Below are positions 25,028 to 31,334 of a stretch of DNA of 32,000 nucleotides, piece by piece. A program made the translations under genes and the position numbers. The notes beneath the pieces are model-generated. The model ran no database searches, was not told the DNA's origin, and saw only the letters and a list, made by a program, of their open reading frames with translations. The stretch comes from Corynebacterium glutamicum ATCC 13032 (GTDB taxonomy: Bacteria > Actinomycetota > Actinomycetes > Mycobacteriales > Mycobacteriaceae). Positions within the stretch are counted from its first letter, which is position 1. Each line of letters opens with the position of its first letter. The stretch is from NCBI RefSeq assembly GCF_000011325.1, contig NC_003450.3, positions 3,150,001 to 3,182,000 on the forward strand, read 5' to 3'.

Positions 25028-26905
25028 ATGAAGACCTGGAAAACCTGGGGCATCGTCGCCGTCTCAGGCCTGTTGATTATCCTGTCCTGGCTCACCCCCG
25101 CTGGGTGGCTGTCAGACGGATTCATGATCGCCGCCGCGGTGGTCGCCGGCTGGCAGATCGCCCTCTCCGCCGTCCAGGCCCTGCGCATTAGGATGATCTC
25201 GATTGACCTGCTGGTCATCGTCGCCGCCATCGGCGCGCTGTTCATCAACAACTACTGGGAATCCGCCGCCGTCACCTTCCTCTTCGCCCTCGGCAAGGCA
25301 CTGGAGAAGGCCACGATGAACCGCACCCGCAAGGCACTGTCTGACCTGGTGGACGCTGCCCCCGAGACCGCCACCGTGCTGCGCGACGGTGAGCCCGAAA
25401 CCGTTGAGATCTGGGAACTGGCCCCCGGTGACGTCGTGCTCGTGAAAAACGGCGAGCAGATCCCCGTCGATGGACGCGTGCTCTCCGGACACGGTGGGGT
25501 CGATGAGGCCACCATCACCGGAGAATCCGTCCCGGCCGAGAAGGCCGCGGACTCCGAGGTCTTCGCCGGCACCTGGCTGCGCTCCGGTGTGCTGCGCATT
25601 GAGGCGATCGGCATCGGCTCGGATTCCACCCTGGCCAAGATCATCCACCGTGTCGAAGACGCCCAGGATGACAAGGCAAAAACCCAGACGTTCCTGGAGA
25701 AATTCTCGAAGTACTACACCCCCGGCGTCATGATCGCCGCCCTGGCCGTCGGCCTGATCACCCTGAACGTTGAACTGGCCCTGACCCTGCTGGTCATCGC
25801 CTGCCCGGGTGCCCTGGTCATCTCGATCCCGGTCTCGATCGTCGCCGGTATCGGCCGCTCCGCCAAGGACGGCGTCCTGATCAAGGGCGGGGAATACCTG
25901 GAGACCTCCGCGAAGGTCGACACCGTAGTCGTCGACAAGACCGGCACCCTGACCAACGGCCGCCCCGAGCTGACCAACGTCGACGTCCTTGACCCCGCCT
26001 ACTCGGACGATGAGGTGCTCACCCTGGCCGCCCGCGCGGAAACCGCCTCCGAGCACCCCCTGGCCGAGGCCATCATCCGCGGCGCGGAGAACAGGGGCTT
26101 GACCGTGGCGATGGTAGAAAAGGCCGAACCGGTCGCCGGCCGCGGCATCCGCGCTGACGTGGACGGTGCCACCGTGGCCGTGGGCTCAGCCGACCTGCTC
26201 GATCACACCCCGGATAACACCCGCATTCTCGAGCTCAACGAACAGGGCAGGACCGCCATGTACGTCGGCATCAACGGCAAGGCCGTGGGCATCGTCGCTG
26301 TGGCCGACACCATCCGAGATGATGCCCCGGCCGCGATCAGGTCCCTGCACAATAAGGGAATCCGCGTGGTCATGGCCACCGGTGATGCCGAACGCGTCGC
26401 CCGCAACGTCGCCGCCGAGCTCGGTGTCGATGAGGTGAGGGCAGAACTGATGCCTGAGGACAAGCTCGAGATCGTCAAGGAGCTGCAGGCGCAGGGCCGG
26501 GTCGTGGCCATGGTTGGCGACGGTGTCAATGACACCCCGGCACTGGCCACCGCGGACATCGGTGTGGCGATGGGTGCGGCCGGTTCGCCTGCCGCCATCG
26601 AGACCGCCGATATCGCCCTGATGGCCGACAAGCTGCCGCGGCTGCCCTACGCCCTGGGTCTGGCCCAGCGCACGGTGCGCACCATGCGGGTCAACATCGG
26701 CATCGCCCTGCTCACTGTCACGATCCTGCTGGCCGGTGTCCTGCTCGGTGGAGTGACCATGTCGATTGGCATGCTCGTCCACGAGGCCTCCGTCCTGCTG
26801 GTCATCGCGATTGCGATGCTCCTGCTGCGCCCCACCCTGAAGGAAGACAAGGACAAGGCAGACGTCAGTACTGCTGACGCCGCGAAGGAGACGCTGAGCG
26901 CCTAA
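25028..26905 (+). CDS. P1B-type heavy-metal ATPase without N-terminal metal-binding domain, atypical CPG transmembrane motif
   Basis: 625 aa with four TM segments before the actuator domain. Motifs are TGES, DKTGTLT and GDGVNDTPAL. The TM motif is LLVIACPGALVISIP (TGC CCG GGT at 25802-25810) instead of CPC/CPH/SPC. The last TM has HEAS. Confidence 0.9.
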   Translation: MKTWKTWGIVAVSGLLIILSWLTPAGWLSDGFMIAAAVVAGWQIALSAVQALRIRMISIDLLVIVAAIGALFINNYWESAAVTFLFALGKALEKATMNRTRKALSDLVDAAPETATVLRDGEPETVEIWELAPGDVVLVKNGEQIPVDGRVLSGHGGVDEATITGESVPAEKAADSEVFAGTWLRSGVLRIEAIGIGSDSTLAKIIHRVEDAQDDKAKTQTFLEKFSKYYTPGVMIAALAVGLITLNVELALTLLVIACPGALVISIPVSIVAGIGRSAKDGVLIKGGEYLETSAKVDTVVVDKTGTLTNGRPELTNVDVLDPAYSDDEVLTLAARAETASEHPLAEAIIRGAENRGLTVAMVEKAEPVAGRGIRADVDGATVAVGSADLLDHTPDNTRILELNEQGRTAMYVGINGKAVGIVAVADTIRDDAPAAIRSLHNKGIRVVMATGDAERVARNVAAELGVDEVRAELMPEDKLEIVKELQAQGRVVAMVGDGVNDTPALATADIGVAMGAAGSPAAIETADIALMADKLPRLPYALGLAQRTVRTMRVNIGIALLTVTILLAGVLLGGVTMSIGMLVHEASVLLVIAIAMLLLRPTLKEDKDKADVSTADAAKETLSA

Positions 26906-26924
26906 CGACACAATCGCCACAGCC

Positions 26925-26962
26925 AGCCCCGCCGGTTTCCTCCAGGTCTTCCCGGTGGGGCT
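26925..26962 (+). terminator. hairpin downstream of the ATPase gene
   Basis: AGCCCCGCCGG-16 nt-CCGGTGGGGCT is an 11-bp stem with one mismatch, followed by TTCCCC. Confidence 0.4.
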
Positions 26963-27008
26963 TTCCCCTGTGCACCAGATCCCCGATCTCATGTAGCTGC
27001 ACTGTGAC

Positions 27009-27858
27009 GGTGCTGTTGCAAAGTTGGGCGGAGAGCAGCGAAGACTCAGTTTCTCATTCCCTGATCGCCGCTGCGTGTGGGCGTTGTTAGGCCGTCTCGA
27101 AGACCCGGTTGACGATCACCGCGTCCGGGTTCGGTTGCCCGTGAGGGCAAACATCATGCCTTGCCCTTTCCGCAATGAGTGCATCGCCTCCATCCCTTTC
27201 AACGTCCGATATGCAGATGTCTAAGTTCTTAAACGCGCCTTTCGGCCCGAGGATCCGTTTCAGCCGACCATGGTCGCCTTCCAGGATGTTGTTGAGGTAT
27301 TTCACCTACCGGTGTTCCACTGTTGGCGGGCAGATTCCCTCTGACTTCAACTCGGTGATTGCCCTGGCTAGGGAGGGTGCTTTATCGGTGTTGATCACTC
27401 TGGGATACCCGGCTGACGCATTGGATCTGAGGGCCTTGGCCAGGAAACGCTTCGCTGCGGCCACGTTCCGCTTCGGAGAGAGGTAAAAGTCCAGGGTCTG
27501 GCCACCGGCGGTGATCGCCAGATCAGAGGTAGCACCACCTGCCGCCGACCCGGATATAGGTCTCATCCACCCGCCAGGAACTGGCCTGCCAGTCAGGCAC
27601 CTGCCGGTACCACCGTGTTTGCTTGTCCAGCTCAGGGGCGTATTTCTGGACCCAGCGGTAGATCATGGTGTGATCGACCGGCACGCCCCGCTGAAGTCAT
27701 CATTTCCTCCAGATCTTAGGTCAGCTCACCCCGTAGCGGCAGTGACCTGCGCACTGCCCACAGAATGATCTCACGGGGAAATGACGACCGGAGAAGATAC
27801 CCATGGCTGTGATTATTTCACGTCGCTCTTCCTACTGCCCCAACTTTGCAACAACACC
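27009..27858 (-). mobile_element. full-length but defective IS6-family element (850 bp)
   Basis: The IRs are GGTGCTGTTGCAAAGTTGGGCGG (27009 onward) and, as RC of the other end, GGTGTTGTTGCAAAGTTGGGGCAG (27858 backward). No 8-bp target duplication is seen (flanks ACTGTGAC / CAAAATCC). Confidence 0.9.
27087..27804 (-). pseudogene. IS6-family transposase, multiple frameshifts and in-frame stops
   Basis: Recognisable pieces lie in different frames: MGIFSGRHFP..., ...GVPVDHTMIYRWVQKYAPELDKQTRWYRQVPDWQASSWRVDETYIRVGGRWCYL, ...AITAGGQTLDFYLSPKRNVAAAKRFLAKAL...VEHR*VKYLNNILEGDHGRLKR, SAYRTLKGMEAMHSLRKGQG and QPNPDAVIVNRVFETA. There is a TAG stop at 27306-27308. Confidence 0.85.
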
Positions 27859-28040
27859 CAAAATCCCACCCTGACCTCAGAAAAAGTGCCCCTCTAGATT
27901 CGCTTCAAACGGTCTAAGGAGGCCAAACCCACACTCTGGCCCCTTCGACATTTTCGACGCCTTAAATCGCCACCAAATCAGCCATCCCCAAAACCCCGCA
28001 ACAGACACAAAAGCCTCAAAAGCCGCAAGACCCCAAAGCT

Positions 28041-28088
28041 CCCAAAAAGGACGAAAACCGCCGAGAAGAAGTTCTCCTCAGCGGTTTT
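28041..28088 (-). terminator. intrinsic terminator of the thioredoxin gene
   Basis: The minus strand reads AAAACCGC-tgag-GAGAA-cttc-TTCTC-g-GCGGTTTT followed by CGTCCTTTTT. Confidence 0.6.
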
Positions 28089-28109
28089 CACCAAAACACA
28101 ATTGGAAGC

Positions 28110-28484
28110 TTATGCCTCTGCAGAACCCTGCTGCTCTGCGACCTGGCGACGAACGTCATCCATGTCGAGTGCCTTAACCTGGTTGACCAGATCATCCAGT
28201 GCAGGAGCTGGCATGGTGCCGGCTTCGCGGTAGACCATGATGCCGTCGCGGAAAACCATCAGAGTTGGGATGGACTGGATCTGCAGTGCTGCAGCCAGGC
28301 CCTGGTTTGCTTCGGTATCAAGCTTGGCGAAGGTTGCGTCGGTGTGGGTTTCGGAAACCTTCTCGTAGGTTGGGGCGAACTGGCGGCAAGGTCCGCACCA
28401 GGATGCCCATGCGTCTACGAGGACAATTCCGTCGCCGGTAACTGTGCTCTCAAATGTTTCTTCGGTTACATCGATGGTTGCCAT
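28110..28484 (-). CDS. trxB1: thioredoxin (WCGPC)
   Basis: SD GGAGA precedes the ATG at 28484 (MATIDVTEETFESTV...). The active site is DAWASWCGPCRQFAP. 124 aa with an acidic C-terminal extension. The symbol is the C. glutamicum name as I recall it. Confidence 0.9.
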   Translation of the reverse strand: MATIDVTEETFESTVTGDGIVLVDAWASWCGPCRQFAPTYEKVSETHTDATFAKLDTEANQGLAAALQIQSIPTLMVFRDGIMVYREAGTMPAPALDDLVNQVKALDMDDVRRQVAEQQGSAEA

Positions 28485-28510
28485 TAAGAATCTCCGTTCA
28501 AGATTTGTAA

Positions 28511-28526
28511 GGTCTATATATAGACC
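28511..28526. promoter_or_regulatory. perfect 16-bp palindrome GGTCTATATATAGACC between the SigH-type promoter and the trx start
   Basis: It lies immediately downstream of the GTT element and 27-42 nt upstream of the trx ATG. It could be an operator or a 5'-UTR hairpin. Confidence 0.4.
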
Positions 28527-28553
28527 AACTTTCAGCGGACTGTAGTTATTCCC
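28527..28553 (-). promoter_or_regulatory. SigH-type promoter GGGAA-19 nt-GTT upstream of thioredoxin
   Basis: The minus strand reads GGGAATAACTACAGTCCGCTGAAAGTTGG. This matches the actinobacterial SigH/SigR GGAA...GTT pattern, and thioredoxin genes are classic members of that regulon. Confidence 0.5.
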
Positions 28554-28669
28554 GGCCAAGGATTTTCTTCATTGACCGGCAGCTCGTCTGATTCACTGCA
28601 CATCGTACATTGGACGGTGGACACGTTTCAGAGTCCGCTGGATTTCATCACATCGGAAGGAAGAGAATT

Positions 28670-28876
28670 TTGAGTACCAAAAATTACCACGTCGAGGGTT
28701 TGACCTGCGCAAACGGTGTAGCTTCCGTAGAGGATGAAATCGGCATTGTTGCGGGCACCCAGGGTGTGGATATTGATATTGAGACCGGCCGCGTCACGGT
28801 GACTGGTGAAGGTTTCACTGACGAGGAAATCATTGAGGCTGTCGCGAACGCGGGCTACAAAGTTTCTGGGCGGTAG
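28670..28876 (+). CDS. HMA-fold protein with degenerate metal site (CANG instead of CxxC)
   Basis: The TTG start at 28670 is preceded by GGAAGGAAGAG. The protein is STKNYHVEGLTCANGVASVEDEI...GRVTVTGEGFTDEEIIEAVANAGYKV. The second Cys of the GMTCxxC motif is Gly (GGT). Confidence 0.7.
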   Translation: MSTKNYHVEGLTCANGVASVEDEIGIVAGTQGVDIDIETGRVTVTGEGFTDEEIIEAVANAGYKVSGR

Positions 28877-28891
28877 CACAATTACACATTC

Positions 28892-28945
28892 ATCTCATCG
28901 ATTCCGATGAGATTGCCACCCCCAAAATGGGGCGCCTATTTTTTT
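28892..28945 (+). terminator. terminator region after the HMA-like gene
   Basis: A perfect hairpin ATCTCATCG-attc-CGATGAGAT (28892-28913) is followed by CCCC-aaaat-GGGG and a T7 run (28939-28945). Confidence 0.5.
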
Positions 28946-29076
28946 GACCGCCACCCACGGTAGCGCTTGTGCGCTCAGCCGGGGTGGCCGTTTGCGTGTA
29001 CGGGTTTTGCTTATCGACGCCCACTTCTGATTTTAAAGGCAAATATTTTGTGTCACAGCGAGTAATCTTTTCGGGC

Positions 29077-30396
29077 ATGAACCTAACCCGGAATGACAGG
29101 CTCGATCGACTGCCCGTAACTTCCAAACATAAAAAGATTCTTGGCGGCTCAGGTATCGGCTGGGCATTGGATGCCATGGATGTCGGACTGATCTCTTTCG
29201 TCATGGCTGCGTTGGCCACTCATTGGGGCCTATCCCCTACTGAAACTTCCCTGCTCGGATCCATCGGTTTCGTTGGCATGGCCATCGGCGCTTCGCTGGG
29301 CGGTTTGCTGGCGGACAAGTTGGGGCGTCGACAAGTTTTTGCGTTGTCTTTGCTAGTTTATGGCGTTGCCACTGGCGCGTCGGCGCTTTCAGTGTCGCTG
29401 GCAATGTTGATGGCGCTGCGCTTCGTCGTTGGACTTGGCCTGGGCGCTGAACTCCCCGTTGCATCCACTCTGATTTCCGAGTTTTCTCCACGAAAAGTTC
29501 GTGGCCGCATGGTCGTTATCCTGGAGGCGTTTTGGGCGCTGGGCTGGATCATGGCTGCAATCGTCGGAACCTTTGTCGTGGCAGGATCCGATAATGGTTG
29601 GCGTTGGGCGTTAGCTCTTGGCTGTGTCCCTGCAATTTACGCGGTGTATGTCCGTCTCGGACTTCCAGAATCAGTACGTTTCCTGGAGAAGAAAGGCCGG
29701 CACGACGAAGCAGAAGCCATCGTTGTTTCCTTCGAAGAAGCTGCCGCTGCCGAAGGTAAAGCTGCCGATGCCACCACCGCTGTGGTTCATGACAACGCTG
29801 CCGAGGGTTCCGTATCCATCTGGTCAGCTGCTTTGCGCAAGCGCACCGTCGCGCTGTGGATCGTGTGGTTCTGCATCAACTTGTCCTACTACGGAGCCTT
29901 CATTTGGATTCCATCGCTGCTGGTTGCCGACGGTTTCACCCTCGTGAAGTCTTTCCAATTCACTCTGATCATCACCTTGGCTCAGCTTCCAGGCTATGCG
30001 GTTGCAGCGTGGTTGATTGAAAAGTGGGGCCGTCGCAGCACATTGGCCACGTTCCTGGTTGGTTCTGCTATCTCTGCAGCGCTCTACGGCTTGGCAAATG
30101 TGGAGTGGCAGATCCTGGTCGCAGGTTGTTTACTATCCTTCTTCAACCTGGGCGCATGGGGCGCACTGTATGCCATTGGGCCGGAGCTTTATCCCACTAA
30201 TGTCCGTGGAACTGGAACGGGTGCTGCCGCGGGATTCGGGCGCATTGCTTCCATCATCGCTCCGCTCATTGTTCCGCCAGTGATTGCTTTTGGTGGACCA
30301 ATTGCTTTGTTCGCTCTCTTTGCCACCGCGTTTGCGATCGCAGCGATTGCGGCGTTTACGCTGCCTGAGCAGAAGGGTAAGTCTCTCGCTGATTAG
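29077..30396 (+). CDS. MFS transporter (12-TM, SV2/NiaP/aromatic-acid-transporter-like)
   Basis: The ATG is at 29077 (MNLTRNDRLDRLPVTSKHKKIL...). MFS motif A is GGLLADKLGRRQVF, and there is a central hydrophilic loop. Substrate not inferable. Confidence 0.85.
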   Translation: MNLTRNDRLDRLPVTSKHKKILGGSGIGWALDAMDVGLISFVMAALATHWGLSPTETSLLGSIGFVGMAIGASLGGLLADKLGRRQVFALSLLVYGVATGASALSVSLAMLMALRFVVGLGLGAELPVASTLISEFSPRKVRGRMVVILEAFWALGWIMAAIVGTFVVAGSDNGWRWALALGCVPAIYAVYVRLGLPESVRFLEKKGRHDEAEAIVVSFEEAAAAEGKAADATTAVVHDNAAEGSVSIWSAALRKRTVALWIVWFCINLSYYGAFIWIPSLLVADGFTLVKSFQFTLIITLAQLPGYAVAAWLIEKWGRRSTLATFLVGSAISAALYGLANVEWQILVAGCLLSFFNLGAWGALYAIGPELYPTNVRGTGTGAAAGFGRIASIIAPLIVPPVIAFGGPIALFALFATAFAIAAIAAFTLPEQKGKSLAD

Positions 30397-30568
30397 TGAG
30401 ATCCTTCCACCAGTTTTTCACCTGCCCAACGATGGTGCGTTTCTGCGCCTGGCGGAAGTCCTCCAAATTGCGGGGCAGGTTCGCGATAACCGTGGCACCC
30501 TGGGTGCGGGTGACCACGATATCTTCGCGCAGCTGCATGGTACTGGGGTTATAGTCTCTTGATGTCAT
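30356..30568 (-). CDS. small hypothetical protein (70 aa) translationally coupled to the PadR gene
   Basis: A strong SD AAGGAGA lies 7 nt before the ATG at 30568, which sits inside the last codons of the PadR gene. The protein MTSRDYNPSTMQLREDIVVTRTQGATVIANLPRNLEDFRQAQKRTIVGQVKNWWKDL... is non-hydrophobic. The 3' end overlaps the MFS 3' end in antisense. Confidence 0.5.
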   Translation of the reverse strand: MTSRDYNPSTMQLREDIVVTRTQGATVIANLPRNLEDFRQAQKRTIVGQVKNWWKDLTNQRETYPSAQAA

Positions 30569-31127
30569 CTGCTGCTCTCCTTAAAATCTCGATTATTTGC
30601 TCTGCTTTATCGTCGGGAGCAGCTTTCGCTGCTTCCCTGACCTTGTGAAACTCAGAGCGAATGTTAAACACCCGCACCTCTCGGGATTCTGGATTGCGAT
30701 AAGCCTCCAGAATTGATCCCCACGCATCCTTGTTCTTTGCCACTTCCTGCGCGCCTTCTTCTGTAAGGCGCGCCATTTTTCTGCCCATTTCATGGGAGAT
30801 GGAAATCAGGCCTTCATCTTCAAGCATGGACAAGGTTGGATAGATGGTTCCTGGGCTTGGAGTCCAGTTACCTTCTGTTTGCTCACTGATGGTGGTGATG
30901 ATCTGGTAGCCGTGCATTGACTCAGCTTCCAGCAGCACCAAAATCACATTGCGCAGATCGCCTCTGCCAGCACGTCCACCGCGACCACGTCCGGGTCGCC
31001 TGCCGTGATGATGTCCATGTCCGTGCCCTTCAGCGTGCCGTTGAGCATGACGCCTGCCCGGCCTTCCCCTGAATTCTCCGGATCCGCGTGATCCACAAGA
31101 TTCATTGTTTAGTTCTTCAAAATGCAT
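30549..31127 (-). CDS. PadR-family transcriptional regulator with His/Arg/Gly-rich N-terminal extension
   Basis: SD AGGAGA precedes the ATG at 31127. The N-terminal ~60 aa are ...RHAQRHAEGHGHGHHHGRRPGRGRGGRAGRG. The PadR wHTH follows (DLRNVILVLLEAESMHGYQIITTI...GTIYPTLSMLEDEGLI). Confidence 0.85.
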   Translation of the reverse strand: MHFEELNNESCGSRGSGEFRGRPGRRHAQRHAEGHGHGHHHGRRPGRGRGGRAGRGDLRNVILVLLEAESMHGYQIITTISEQTEGNWTPSPGTIYPTLSMLEDEGLISISHEMGRKMARLTEEGAQEVAKNKDAWGSILEAYRNPESREVRVFNIRSEFHKVREAAKAAPDDKAEQIIEILRRAADDIKRL

Positions 31128-31159
31128 ATCATTATCTCCTGTTCTTGAACTGAAGTTAA

Positions 31160-31169
31160 CGATATATCG
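31160..31169. promoter_or_regulatory. perfect palindrome CGATATATCG (plus a second AACGATAT 30 bp away) upstream of the PadR gene
   Basis: AACGATAT occurs at 31158-31165 and again at 31188-31195. The first is part of a 10-bp palindrome 33-42 nt upstream of the PadR start. It is a possible autoregulatory operator or -10 region. Confidence 0.3.
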
Positions 31170-31281
31170 CAACATATCTCTACGTCAACGATATGGCTAT
31201 TCTAGAACAACTTTGCAGGTCAGTCTATGTCGGTAAGTCTTGCCAAAGATAGGATTGCCTGGGCTGAGTGACTTAGAATCA

Positions 31282-31319
31282 CTAAAGGCAGTGCCCCACA
31301 TCGGAGTCACTGCCTTTAG
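31282..31319 (-). terminator. hairpin just downstream of dnaB (no U-tract on the dnaB strand)
   Basis: CTAAAGGCAGTG-14 nt-CACTGCCTTTAG is a perfect 12-bp stem, 16 nt after the dnaB stop. Confidence 0.4.
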
Positions 31320-31334
31320 AAAAATGAACTTTTC

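Noticed and set aside
29050-29058. TGTGTCACA palindrome 20 nt upstream of the MFS start as a GlxR/CRP site
   Set aside because: The CRP/GlxR consensus is TGTGA-N6-TCACA (16 bp). This is only a 9-bp palindrome with no spacer and is too close to the start codon. It is probably coincidental.
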